Source: Chiloscyllium plagiosum
Taxonomy: Eukaryota
Length of the DNA: 36,578 nt
Direction of reading: 5' to 3'
NCBI RefSeq assembly: GCF_004010195.1
Contig: NC_057718.1
Coordinates: 7,135,614 to 7,172,191, forward strand
The notes below the pieces were generated by a model that was not told the DNA's origin, ran no database searches, and worked only from the letters and a program-made list of their open reading frames with translations. Position numbers and translations under genes: made by a program. How positions within the stretch are numbered: position 1 is the stretch's first letter; the number at the start of each line of letters is the position of its first letter. Positions 9,710 through 21,210 of this stretch are shown here, in pieces.

Positions 9710-10221
9710 GGTTTCTTTCTTCATTTTATTTTTCCTTTCTCCCCCCCACATTCCCGCCTAACTGCGGTGGTGCTTATTTTCTCCCAGCACCCATGTCGTG
9801 TGTGTGCAGATGTCGGACACAGTGAAAAATAACGAGTGTGTACATCTTTACTTATATCCCACCAGCAGGAAGAAAGGAAACACCCGAGTGGCCAGTGACA
9901 AACAGAGCCCTTCACATCAAAGGGCAATGCTGTGTGGTAAAAAAAAAAGGGAAGGGGAGGGCAGGGATTAAATCAAGATAGTGTTGGAGGGGGAAATAAA
10001 GCACACCATTCCCTGAGGTGCCCACCTCTTCCTGAACTGCTCGATGGAGTTGGTGGACACCACATGTTCCCTCTCCAGGGACACTTGGGCTCAAACGTGG
10101 CCACGGAAGAGGGGCAGGCAATCAGCCACAATGACCCTCACTGCAGCCCGCTGCCTGGACTTATTTATGGGCAGTTTGGCCAAGCTCAGGACCAGGTCCA
10201 CGAGGAGGTCCTCCGAACTAA
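9710..10221 (-). mobile_element. Tx1/L1-like LINE 3' fragment, copy 1
   Basis: T-rich tail on the + strand. Homologous to copy 2. Confidence 0.7.
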
Positions 10222-10282
10222 ACACTCCTATTTCTTCTTTTTCGAGCTCTCAGAGAAAGCAGGATGTCTGACACTCCTGTTT

Positions 10283-10803
10283 ATTTTTTTCTTTCTTTTT
10301 TTTGCTTTCTTCTTTTTTTTAAAAGCCCCCACGCTACTGCCTAACTGCAGCAGTGCTTAATTTTTTTCCCCAGCACCCATGCTGTGTGTGTGCAGGTGTG
10401 AGACACAGTGAGAGACACAAGGTGCACGAAGCTTTATTCAGTTTCGACCACCAGGAAGAAAGGAAACACCCGAGTGGCCAGTGACAAACACTGCCCTTCA
10501 CATCAAAGGGCAATGCTGTGTGATCAAACAGTGAAGGGGAGGGCAGGGATTAAATCAAAATAGAGTTGGAGGGGGAAATAATGCACTCCACTCCCTGCGG
10601 CGCCCACCTCTCCCTGAACAACTCCAGGGTGATGGTGGGCACCGCGTGCTCCTTCTCCAGAGACACCCGGGCTCTAACGTAACCGCGGAAGAGGGGCAGG
10701 CAATCAGCCCTAACGACCGTCTCCACGGCCCGCTGCCTGGACCGGTTTACGGTCAGCTTGGCCAGGCCCAGGAGCAGACCCACGAGGAGGTCCTCCGAAC
10801 TAA
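10283..10803 (-). mobile_element. Tx1/L1-like LINE 3' fragment, copy 2
   Basis: ORF 10550-10807 (LLVGLLLGLAKL..NRSRQR...FRERWAPQG) resembles the C-terminus of a Tx1/L1 ORF2, followed by a 3' UTR and A-rich tail. Confidence 0.72.
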
Positions 10804-11296
10804 ACACTCCTATTTCTATCTGTCAGCCAGGGCTTCCTGATTGGACCAGGTTAACAGCCCCAATCAGGGAACTCATATCCTCCAAGGTCCAGTGGCTGAC
10901 AATCACTACTGAGGTTTTACTCAGTAGAAACTTTGCCAATCTTCAAGACTGGAGAACGTGGACAGGCTGAGATAAGCTAGGCTTGCAATTTCCCCTGAAA
11001 GTTCCCTGCATGTGTTGAATGGAGTTAGGTTTGGGGCTGCTGTTTGCTCTTCTGCATGATGTTGTTAGTTTGAAGCAAGGCTGAATCAAATTGTCAGACA
11101 ATGTTGAACTGCAACAATACACTTCTGCCCACATGCATTCTTTGCTCAAGTTGGCTTTGGTGTCCCCCATAAATCCAGGCACACTTAGAAAATAGCCTTG
11201 GGAAAGCAAAGGGTGACACTGCTTTGTGAATAAATAGATTCAGAGGGAACGAGACTTGAGCATCGATTATAACAAAGCATTGACAAAGGTGCTTTG

Positions 11297-11620
11297 GTGG
11301 GTGGCACAGTGGCATAGTGGCTAGCACTGCTGCCTCACAGCACCAGGGACCCCGGTTCAATTCCCACCTCAGGCAATTGTCTGTGTGGAGTTTGTACATT
11401 TTCCCTGTGTCTACGTGGGGGTTTCCTCCAGGTACTCTGATTTCCTCCCACAATCCAAAGATGAGCAGGTTAGGTGAATTGGCTATGCTAAATTACCCAC
11501 AGTGTTGGGTGAAGGGGTAAGTGTAGGGGAATTGGTCTGCGTGGGTTGCTCTTCGGAGGGTCGGTGTGGACTTGTTGGGCTGAAGGGCCTGTTTCTGCAC
11601 TGTAAGTAAGCTAATCTAAA
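11297..11620 (+). mobile_element. HE1-type V-SINE, full length
   Basis: GTGGCACAGTGGCATAGTGGCTAGCAC...GGTTCAATTCCC head, V-domain, CR1-like tail. Confidence 0.88.
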
Positions 11621-11912
11621 AAAAGAGTTATGCTGGACCTGAAATATCAATTCTGTTTCCTGCTCCACATATGCTGCCAGATCTGCTGAGTTTCTCTCGC
11701 ATTCTCTGCATTTGTGTCAGATTTTCAGCATCCATGCAGTTTTGCTTTTATTCAAGTGTTGACAAGGACTTGAGAAAGTTGATGAAGAAGAGAACGTTCA
11801 GGGTTTTGAAAGAAAGGGACAGAGAGCTTCTTAGAAACAATGGCCATAGTCCCAGGAAATCAGAACCATATAAAACAATGCCCACTTGAACAATGAGTTT
11901 AGCAAGGCAAGA

Positions 11913-12215
11913 AGGTGTAGTGGTAATGTCACTAGTTTAGTAATGCAGCAGCCCAGCATAATATGACAGAGGTTGTGAGTTCAAGTCCCAACATTGCTGC
12001 ATCTAGAATTTAAAAATGAATTTATCTTGAATTAAAATTTATGTTCTGTATTGGTAACTACCAATTCTTATAAAAATCCATCTGATTTACCAATACCCTT
12101 CAGGGAAGGAAATCTGCCATTTTTACCTAGTCTGGTTTACTGTGACTCCAGACCCACAACGTGGTTAACCTTTCATTACCCTCTGGGCAATTAGGGACAG
12201 GCAATAAATGCTGAC
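11913..12215 (+). mobile_element. Second-family tRNA SINE, decayed
   Basis: Homologous to 7552-7900. Confidence 0.7.
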
Positions 12216-12224
12216 AGATATATA

Positions 12225-12353
12225 CAGGAGATTCAGCAAGTCACCTCATTCTAGGGACTGGCTCTGAGCTGGCTGGTCAGAGCTCATGTACTGTGCACAG
12301 GTAAATAAACAGTGACATGGTGACGGGATACTGGCCTCTGCACAGTTATTTCA
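12225..12353 (+). mobile_element. Partial Gypsy-type LTR (3' portion)
   Basis: AAATAAA...GGTGACGGGATACTGGCCTCTG...GTTATTTCA is a reverse-complement homologue of 9576-9680. Confidence 0.65.
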
Positions 12354-12569
12354 TATCTGTTTTACAAGATTTTAGTTGGGAATTAATGCTTTGATTCAAA
12401 AGAGGAAATTGGAATTCTCAGCAACAGCTCTGATAATGTGAAAAAATTAACGAACGTGTGATAAAACACCCGACTAATGCACCTGGTTATCAAGGCAAGT
12501 TAGGACTTATTTACAGCACAACGTTTTGGAGTTAAACCTACTGCATGACGAAGCCAGCTCATTCCACTG

Positions 12570-12910
12570 TATGGTAGAGAAGCAGGAAGCTGGAAGAACA
12601 CAGCAAGCTAAGCAGCATCAGGAGGTGGGGAAGTCAATGTTTCGGGTGTTACCTTTCTCCAGTGAGTTGTATGAGCTGTTACTAATGGTGAAAGTTGTTG
12701 CCACATTCCCCTTGAAGTGTAGGAGGCTCCAGGACATTTTTGATTTAGTGTTGGTGTGGAGGAGTCGGTGTTGGACTGGGGTGGACAAAGTTAAAACTTA
12801 CAAAAGACCAGGTTATAGTCCAGCAGGTTTATTTGGAAGCACTAGCTTTCAGAGTGTTTTTTAAACCTGTTGGACTATATCATAGTGGGTTGTGTGACTT
12901 TTAACTTGAT
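12570..12910. mobile_element. Decayed Penelope-like fragments including an imperfect inverted repeat
   Basis: GCTGGAAGAACACAGCAAG...GTTTCGGG at about 12590-12650. AAGTTAAAA...TATAGTCCAGCAGGTTTA is mirrored by TAAACCTGTTGGACTATA...TTTTAACTT. Confidence 0.6.
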
Positions 12911-13287
12911 TTAGTGTGGGAGAGACAACTCACTCCCTCGTCTAACCAGATTAATCTCTTATGATTAATGAGATTTAGTTTGTTACATGTCAACAACAGG
13001 TTACACTGACATGGGAAACATAGTTACAGAAACTTTGAGGAGGACAAAATATTCTGTCTCACTCCTTCCAGATCCTATGCTGTTCTGCCCACAAGTCCAT
13101 TCGATATTTTCACAATGAGGGGTGCTTATGGCACTCTTCAGTATCAGCCTTTCCAGTGCCCACATACAACAACTTTCCATCTAAACTGTGGATCACTGAG
13201 CAATGTCGTCACTTCAATCGTTGAAGGTTGTGAGCTCAAGTTAACTCTGGGGTATTTTTGCGTGAAATTGATGATGACCCTTCAGTA

Positions 13288-13860
13288 TTAGAACATTGAA
13301 CAATACAGCATTGTACAGGCACTTCGACCCTCAATGTTGTGCCGGCCTTTTACCATACTCTAAGATCAGACTAACCTGCCAATCCTTCGTTGTACTAACT
13401 TCCTTGTGCCTATCCAAGAGTCGCTTAAATGTCCCTAATGTGTCTGACTCTACTACCACTGCTGACAGTGCATTCCGAGCACCCACCACTCTCTGTGTAA
13501 AGAAACCGACCTCTGACATCTCCCCTAAACCTTCCTCCAATCACCTTAAAATTATGCCCCCTTGTGATAGCCTTTTCCACCAATTGAAAGAGTCACTGTC
13601 AATCCACTCTTTCTATGCCTCTCAACATCATATACACCTCTACCAAGTCACCTCTCATCCTTCTTCGCTCCAATGAGAAAAGCCCTAGCTCCCTCAACCT
13701 TTCTTCATAAGACATGCCCTCCAGTCCAGGCAGCATCCTAGTAAGTCTCCTCTGCACCCTCCCTAAACACAATTTTCCAAGTGTGCTCTAACAAGGACTC
13801 TATAGAGCTGTAGCATAACTTTGCGGCACTTAAACTCAATCCCGCCGCCAATGAAAGCCA
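13288..13860 (-). mobile_element. CR1 LINE 3' fragment
   Basis: ORF 13331-13540 has the CR1 RT C-terminal motif FFTQRVVGARNAL...TFKRLLDRH. Confidence 0.85.
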
Positions 13861-14013
13861 AATATTGAGTTGAGAATGTCACTACACCTTGGATAAGGTG
13901 TTCCAAAGCACTTCACAATCAGTCACTGATTAACTATTGAGAAAACAAGGCAGCCAACATGATATTTACAAGATAATCTTTATTTGTTGAGAAATAAGTA
14001 ATGTTCAGAACTC

Positions 14014-14113
14014 AGTTCTGAAGAAAGATCACCGGACCTGAAACGTTAACTCTGATTTCTCTTCACATTTGCTGTCAGACCTGCTGAGCTTTTCCAGCAA
14101 CTTCTGTTTCTGT
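14014..14113 (+). mobile_element. Penelope-like terminal repeat insertion with 15-bp flanking duplication and hammerhead motif
   Basis: TAATGTTCAGAACTC at 13999-14013 and 14114-14128. agtt-CTGAAGA-a-agatc(accg)gacct-GAAA-CG-T-T-aact at 14014-14051. Confidence 0.78.
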
Positions 14114-14177
14114 TAATGTTCAGAACTCTCCTGCCTTTCACCAAGATATCGAGGTTAGGACTTTTTCACATTTAGTC

Positions 14178-14570
14178 TGGTGGTATTAGCACTGGGCTAT
14201 TAAACCAGTAAGCCAGGTAATGTGCCGGGGACCATGGATTCAAATCCCACAGTGTAAATGTGGAATTGAAATTCAATAATTTACAAGAAAAATTAAGAGT
14301 CCAGTGATCATGAATCGGTTGTTGACCTACATGTGACTACAGACAATGTGGAGAAAGTGAGGATTACAGATGCTGGAAATCAGAGTTGAGAGTGTGGTGC
14401 TGGAAAAGCACAGCAGGTCAGGCAGCATCCAAAGAGCAGGAGAGTCGGCGTTTCGGGCATAGGCCCTTCATCAGGAAATGTGGCTGAATAATAACTGCCC
14501 TTTGGGTGATTAGGGATGGATAATAAATGCTGAGCTAGCCAACAATGTTCACATCCTGTGAATAAATTGA
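14178..14570 (+). mobile_element. Second-family SINE interrupted by a Penelope-like fragment (about 14351-14477)
   Basis: SINE body is split at AATGTGG...AATGTGG. The insert is homologous to 3915-4094. Confidence 0.7.
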
Positions 14571-15194
14571 AAATAGCCTTGGGATGTAAGGACACTCATA
14601 ATGCTGTTAAGAAGGGAGTTCAGAGATCAGAGACCAGTGACATTCATATACTGAAAGAAAGGGATAAAGAGGCATGGAAGGAAGTTTGTGTGAAGCATAA
14701 ATTCTAGCATGGAGCAGATGGGTCAAATACCTGATTCCTTCCTGTACATACACCATGTTATGGGTTACTGCTAAATTGTGCAGGAGGATTAATCACACTC
14801 ACGTTCCTCAGATAGTGGAAAGCCTGGAATTAAGAGTGTAATGGTGATTACTGTGAATTGTCAGGAAAGCCCCATCTGGATCCTTTAGGGAAATAAATCT
14901 GCCCTCCTTACCTCCTCTGGCCTGTTTGTGATTCCAGACCCACAGCAATATGTTTGGCTCTTTACTGCCCTCTGGGATTTAGGGATGGGCAATAAATATT
15001 GGCCCAGACCGTGACACCGACATTCAGTAAATAAATATAAAAACAAATTGCCTCAGAAGGCTGGCAAGGCTTTGGACTGAACTCCCAGCTAAAAGCAGCT
15101 GTGGTAGTGCAGCACTCCATCGGTACCACACTAAAATGGCGGCCTGGATTATGTTTTCCCCTGGTGCGAGATTCTAAACCCCGAGGATATAATT

Positions 15195-15390
15195 CTGGAG
15201 TAAGGGGAAGGATGGGAGAGTGGGAGATAAAGGGATAAGAGGGAGATGAGGAGAGAAGGATGGGGTGAAGGGTAGGAGGAGCAGGGGAAGGAGGTGGATG
15301 GGGCAAGGGGTAAGAGGATGAGGGGAGGAGGAGAAGGAGGTGTGGATTAAGGAAGGGCACGGGGGTGGGGTGGGGTGGGGGAAGGGGGAA
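15195..15390 (+). repeat. Purine-rich low-complexity tract with G-quadruplex-like end
   Basis: About 190 nt, mostly G/A, ending GGGGGTGGGGTGGGGTGGGGGAAGGGGG. Confidence 0.8.
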
Positions 15391-15424
15391 CAACTCCAAA
15401 GACACCATCCTAAAAGAGAAGCCT

Positions 15425-15800
15425 TGAATTTAGATAGCTCCTTTCACAACTTCAGAACATCCCCAAACATTTTGAAGACAATCAGGTTTACTTTTTGATG
15501 ATGTAGGCAAAGTGACAAATTATTTGTTTGCAGCAGGATCCCACAAATAGCACTGATGTAATGGTCTGATAATCTAATTCAGTCATGAAGGATATGTATC
15601 AGCCAGGATACCAGGGAAACAGCCCCCTGCCATTCTCCAAAACGGTGTCACAGAATCGTTTTATATCCAATCTCAGGGTGATTCTTGGTGTGATGTTACA
15701 TTTGGGTGAAGGAACGTCGAGAGAGCTCGCCTAATTTTGTGGGTCTACAGCCCTAGATTCTCTGTCTCTGAGAGACAAGACTCCTACTCCCTGAGTTTTA
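15425..15800 (-). mobile_element. Decayed Deu-domain SINE
   Basis: Reverse complement contains TGGATATAAAACGATTCTGTGACACC...CCCTGGTATCCTGGC, Deu-domain-like. A similar copy lies at about 24900-25170. Confidence 0.55.
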
Positions 15801-15919
15801 TCATTTTAACGAATTGTAAATTTATGCTGCACCTTTCCTGGAACCTTTACCCCCCTGTGACCTCAGCCTCATGTCAGGATAGGTAGAGCGAGCTGCGAGC
15901 AAAGCATACATTATTCTCG

Positions 15920-16510
15920 GTAGCATTATTAGGAGTGTAGCTTACAAGAGCAGGGAGCTTACGATAATATTTTATAAGTCACTGGTTAGACCTCAGCTAG
16001 GATATTTATACAGTTCTGGATGCCTCATTATAGGAAGGATGTGAAAGCATTGGGGGAAGAGTGCAAAGTGGAATTGCTCCAGGGATGAGACAATTCAGTG
16101 ATGAGGAAAGATTGGAGAAGTTGGGATAGTTCCCCTTGGTTTGGCGATGGCTAAGGGGAGACTCAACAGCAGTTTTCAAAATCACGAGTGGCCTGGATAG
16201 AGCAGTTAGAGAGAAACTGTTCCCGCTCGTAGAAACAGAAAGCATAGTTTTAAAGTGTTTTGCAAAATCAGCAAATGGGAATTAAGAAAAAAGAACCCTC
16301 TGCACACAGCAAGTAGTTAGGGCACGCTGCCTGAATGTATGGTGGAGGCAGGTTTAACTGAGGCATTGGAAAGGGCATCAGATGGTGACTGAGATAGGAA
16401 CAATGTGAACAATGTGCAGGGTTATGAAGAAAAGGCTGGAGATTGGCAATTAAAGTTAAAATGCTCAGAGTGCCCGAGTAATTACAATGGGCGTAACGAC
16501 CTCCCCATCT
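15920..16510 (+). mobile_element. Old CR1 LINE 3' fragment
   Basis: CACTGGTTAGACCTCAGCTAG...CAGTTCTGG...ATAGGAAGGATGTG (LVRP.L...QFW...RKD-like). Confidence 0.7.
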
Positions 16511-16547
16511 GCAGCGTAACAATGCTGAGATTGTTCTGTTATCTTAC

Positions 16548-16708
16548 CTTGGGCGAAGGTGCCTTCAGCACTGCTCAGATTCTGTTTGCTCGTGCTGATT
16601 TGAACTGTTACTCTGAGAGGGAGTTGACTGTCCAGGAATGGACACACTGTGAACGTCATGTTATCTCTGTGGTAGACAGTCTTCGGTGCTGTAATAATGT
16701 AGGTCGGC
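16548..16708 (-). CDS. CD109: CD109-like coding exon 2 (MG1 domain)
   Basis: Acceptor TTTCTTTTTTATCCATTGAAG, 161 nt, (R)PTYIITAPKTVYHRDNMTFTVCPFLDSQLPLRVTVQISTSKQNLSSAEGTFAQ(G), donor GTAAGA. PxYxITAP is the typical mature N-terminus of TEP/A2M proteins. Confidence 0.9.
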
Positions 16709-17489
16709 CTTCAATGGATAAAAAAGAAACAGGTTACCCAATTAATTGCATTCCTTTGGTTCATTTCCCCTGTTATGCTCATCCACCCCAAGATATAGGC
16801 CGAAGTCAGAACCAAGGTGTTCCAAATGGTTAAGGTTTTTGATTGAAGTCAAAGAGTATCAGGTGTTGGCAGAAATGTTCGGTTGAGGCCCCAGTCAGAT
16901 CATATGGAATAGCAGAGCAGGCTTGAGGGGTTTCAGGCCAGAAATTGGTCAATCAATCACCCCTCAAGCCTGCCCCACCACCATTCTATAAGATCATGGC
17001 GGATCTCCTCCAGTCCTCAACTCCTCTTCCATGCCCTCAACTCCGCACTCCTCTACCTACCTCCGCTTTAAATAGTTCCAGTGATCTAGCCTCCACCACT
17101 CTAGAGGGTGGAGAATTCCAGATGCTCGCTGCCCTCTAGGGACAAAGTTCCTTAGCACCTCAGTTTGGATTGGGTTTTCCCTTATTCTTCAACAACATGG
17201 AATGGGTGGGAATCTGGGACTCTCTATACTACTGTTGGGGGTGGGGGTGGGGGGGTCAATGGAAATTTTCCAAACTGTTATTCAGGCAACTGTACTGGGC
17301 AAATGTACTGGAGGATACAAAACAATGTGGAGGGCGGTGGATGGAGTTAGGATATCAATCACTGTGAACTAACAAAATGGTGGGAGAAATAACTTCATCT
17401 GCGAGTTGGCTCAGTGATTGTGTGAGCAGCTTATGCGAAGCCCGTGACCATTTTTTGTCGGAACTTGATCTTCCACACAGTCCATCAAG

Positions 17490-18090
17490 ATTTGATTTGA
17501 TTTGATTGATTGATTGTCATGTGTACCTAAGTACAGTGAGAAGTTTTGTTTTAGAGCAGTACAGGCAGATCATAGGGGGGAAAACATTCGGCCAGAACAA
17601 GGCGGACAAGTTACACTGCACGGCTCGTGTATTAAGCAAGAGTTAGAAAGTCCATTCATTCGTCTAATAATGGCTGGGAAGAAGCTGTTCTTGAACCTGC
17701 TGGTGTGTATGTGTGTGTTCAAGGTCCTGTATCTTCTGCCTGATGGAAGAGGTTGTAGGAGCTCATCGCAGGAATGGGATGGGTCTTTGATGATGTTGGA
17801 AGCCTCTCTGCTGCAATAAGACATATAAATGGATGGAAGGTTGGCTTCTATGATGGTCTGGGCTGTGCACACCAGCTCCTGTAGTTGCTTACCGTCCTCG
17901 GCAGAGCTGTTGCCGTACCGTACATGATGCACCCAGACAGTATGCTTTCTGTGGTGGACCTGCGAAGGTCGGTGAGGGTCCGTATGGAGACGCTGAATTT
18001 CCTAAGCCTCCTGAAGAAAAAGAGGCAGTGTTGTGCTCTTTTGACCATCACATCTACGTGGGAGGTCCAGGACAGGTTGTCACAGGACGA
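17490..18090 (-). mobile_element. Rex1/Babar-clade LINE 3' fragment
   Basis: ORFs encode DNLSWTSH...KRAQHCLFFFRRLRKF and IIKDPSH...LPSGRRYR...RFKNSFFP, with an (ATCAA)n tail. A second fragment lies at about 23888-24160. Confidence 0.85.
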
Positions 18091-18383
18091 TGGTGTAGGG
18101 CAGAAACCCTGGCAGACTTTGTTTCGTTGTCCCTTGTATTTAGTCCCACCGTTGCTGAAATCAGCCATTTCAGTATACATCAGTGTCAGAGTCTTCTCTG
18201 GATGACTCAGTGTATTCTCAACCTAGCCACTTCATTCAACTTAGAACCAAACCTCTCAAGGATGGGAAAGGGGGGGGGGGGGGGGTTGCAGACTGAGTGA
18301 GCTGAAAAGGAGTAGGAAAAGACTAATGTTGAGTCTAAATGCTAGCAGGTACCACTTGGGCTGAATGGCCCATTTGTATTACA

Positions 18384-18568
18384 AGCAAACAGAATGCTGG
18401 AGCAACTCAGCAGGTCTGGCAGCACCAGTGCAGAAAAAAATTAATATTTTGAGTCCACAATGACTTCTTTGATTTGGAGAAGAATCGTCTGAAGAGTCAC
18501 CTACTCAAAGCATTAACTCTGTTTCTCTCTCTCTACAAATGCTGCCAAATGTGCTGAGTTTCTCCAAC
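18384..18568. mobile_element. Decayed Penelope-like inverted repeat
   Basis: TGCTGGAGCAACTCAGCAGGTCTGGCAGCA is mirrored by TGCTGCCAAATGTGCTGAGTTTCTCCAAC. Confidence 0.65.
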
Positions 18569-18569
18569 G

Positions 18570-18860
18570 TGAGCCCTGTGTGGGGGGTGAGGGGAGAGTG
18601 AGCCCAGAGCTGGGGAGGGGAGAGTGAGCCCAGTGCGGGGGCGGNNNNNNNNNNNNNNNNNNNNNNNNNNNNNNNNNNNNNNNNNNNNNNNNNNNNNNNN
18701 NNNNNNNNNNNNNNNNNNNNNNNNNNNGTGCGGGGGGAGAGTGAGCCAGTGTGGGGAAGGGGGAGGGAGAGTGAGCCCAGTGCAAAGATGGGGGAGGGAG
18801 AGTGAGCCCATTGTGGTGGAGATTGAGCCATCATAGGGAGTGTAAGCCCAGTGTAGAGCA
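18570..18860. repeat. G-rich minisatellite (about 23-30 nt unit with GGGAGAGTGAGCCCAG core) spanning an assembly gap
   Basis: Repeated GAGAGTGAGCCCAG on both sides of the N run. Confidence 0.85.
18645..18727. other. Assembly gap (83 N)
   Basis: Run of N. Confidence 1.
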
Positions 18861-19860
18861 CACACAGGACAATGGCCAAAGGAGGACTCTAATTCTTCTT
18901 TTTTTTCGACTTTATACCAAGAAAAACTGTAACACTTAACTTTGAATTTCTTTATTTTTCTACTTTGTACCTAAGATGACGGTGGTAATGGTGACTTTGT
19001 ACTTGAATACTTGAATACTTGAATACACGTGACAATAAGCTTAATTTTAATTCTAATTCTAAAATCCCATTCAGACCCCAACTGAGCTGCTTCAGTGGCC
19101 AATAAAAAATTCTCCCTTGCACTTTAACTTGCAGTTTTTGTAACCCTCCAGTTTGGATCTGGGGTTGGGAGGTGTGTGCGGTGCATGGGTTCTGTTTTTT
19201 GGTCAATCTTTGGACCACAGAGAGGTCTCTTGGCATCAATGGCCAGTCCTGCAGCAACAACACCACCTGGTCTCAGAGACCACCCATCAACGTCTTCCTG
19301 GAGCCTGTCTGCCTTCTCCCAACAACTCCCACTCGGATTCAATATTCCAGGTCAAAAGCTTTGAAGTCATCCAAGTGCAGTCCCAGTAATGGCCATGACT
19401 CCCGGTGGCACTGCTGAGCTGGTGGCAACTGAGGGATTGGACCCTGATCATAACAGGACAGCACACAACTTTCATCCCTGGAGATGGAGTTCCTATTTCC
19501 TCCATAAAATCCAACTCCTTGACTCCGGTTCTTTCTCTATAGACTCTGCCTGACCTGCTGACTTTTTCCTGCTCTTCCCACACTCAACAGAGACACAAAC
19601 AACACTATTGACTGCACCACAGGGCATGAGAGATGATCTCAATTTTCTTGAGTTAGGAGGATTGGAAGAAATGGTAATATCATCAGTGGGTAGAGAGATT
19701 CAAGTGGGTTGATTTTCACTGTCTTAACAAGTTGGTTAAACTGCAACGTGTCATTGTCCTCTGGTCCCCATCCTTACCTCCCCTTGAGCAACACTACCAC
19801 CAGCATAAACATCAGCAATACAAGTCAGGTCTGATCACCAAGTGTTCAATGTCACCACTA

Positions 19861-20375
19861 ATAGAATCATAGAATCATAGAGATATACAGCACGGAAACA
19901 GACCCTTCGGTCCAACTCGTTCACGCCGACCAGATATCCCAACCCAATCTAGTCCCACCTGCCCTCTAAACCCTTCCTATTCATATGTCCATCCAGACGT
20001 CTTTTAAATGTTGTAATTGTACCAGCGTCCACCACTTCCTCTGGCAGCTCATTCCATAAAGGTACCAACTTTTACATGAAAAAGTTGCCCCGATATCTTT
20101 CCCTTCTCACCCTTAACCTGTGCCTTCTAGTTCTGGACTCCCCCACCCCAGGGAAAAGACTTTGTCTATTTACCCTATCCATGCCCCTCACGATTTTATA
20201 AACCTCTATAAGGTCACCCCTAAGCATCCAACGCTCCAGGGAAAACAGCCCCGACCTATTCAACCTCTCCCTACAGCTCAAATCCTCCAACCCTGGCAAC
20301 ATCCTTGTAAATCTTTTATAACCATTTCAAGTTTCACAACATCATTCCAATAGGAAGGAGACCAGAATTGCACGT
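19861..20375 (-). mobile_element. CR1 LINE (HER1-like) 3' fragment
   Basis: ORF 20072-20302 MLPGLEDLSCRERLNRSGLFSLE...RGDLIEVYKI, with an (ATAGAATC)n tail. Confidence 0.9.
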
Positions 20376-20384
20376 CAGGAAAAA

Positions 20385-20520
20385 AAAAATCAAAGAACTG
20401 TGGATGTTGGAAATCAGAAACAAAAACAGAAATTGCTGGAAAAACCCAGCAGGCCTGGCAGCACCTGTGGAGAGAAAGCAGAGTTAATGCTCCAGGTCCA
20501 GTGACCTTTCTTCAGAATGG
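20385..20520 (-). mobile_element. Penelope-like terminal repeat fragment
   Basis: Same family as 14014-14113, with a mutated hammerhead core. Confidence 0.7.
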
Positions 20521-20597
20521 CTCTGCAATTTCCAATAATTTCTGTTGCTGTCAGCCAATGGCTTCCTTTTAATATGCAAATTAAGAATTTAGAACAC

Positions 20598-21210
20598 AAG
20601 AACATAAGAACTAGGAGGAGGAGTAGGCCATTCAGCCCCTCGAGCTTGCTCTGCCATATAATACAATCATTGCTGATCTCATCTCAGCCTTAAATCCACT
20701 TTCCTGTCCGCTCTCCAGAACCCTTCAAACTATCGATAGTGAAAAATCTATCTCCTCCTTAAATTCACTCAATGTACCAGCATCCATCACACTCTGGGGG
20801 AGTGAATTCCACAGATTCATGACCCTTGGAGAGAAGTAATTCCTCTGTATCTCTGTTTTAAACCCACTACTAATGTCTGGGGTCATGCAGAGAGGGGGCA
20901 AGTTCAAAGGAGATGTGAGGGACACATTTTTTCACAGAAAGTGGTAGGAGTCTGAAACATGCAGCCAGGATGGTAATGGAGGCAGTTATGGTGGGGACTT
21001 CTAGATAAACTGATGAATATGTAAGGAATGAAGGTATATGGACAAACAGCAGGCAGAAAGGATTGATTTAATTTTAAATTATGTTCAACATAACAACATG
21101 AGCCGAAGGGTGCGTTCCTGTGCTGTACAGTCCAATGGTCTATGCTCTAACCCTTATCCTAAATGTATGGCATCTCATTCTAGATTGCCTCACTTGGGGA
21201 AACTGATTAA
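20598..21210. mobile_element. Nested CR1 3' fragments (- strand about 20598-20870, + strand about 20880-21145)
   Basis: ORF 20725-20925 FSPRVMNLWNSLPQ...FKEEID. The opposite-strand CR1 tail ends CTATGCTCTA. Confidence 0.7.

Larger units (their letters stand above)
9576..10910 (-). mobile_element. Gypsy-type solo LTR with 5-bp TSD, expanded by two internal LINE fragments
   Basis: Starts TGAAATAAC and ends CAATCACTACT. GAGGT is duplicated at 9571-9575 and 10911-10915. Homologous to the LTR pieces at 34408-34577 and 36312 onward. Confidence 0.8.

Noticed and set aside
11297..11385. tRNA gene
   Set aside because: The tRNA-like A/B boxes are the head of a V-SINE. The same applies to the other SINE heads.
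14962..15408. Proline-rich 148-aa ORF
   Set aside because: It is a translation of a low-complexity pyrimidine tract plus SINE fragments.
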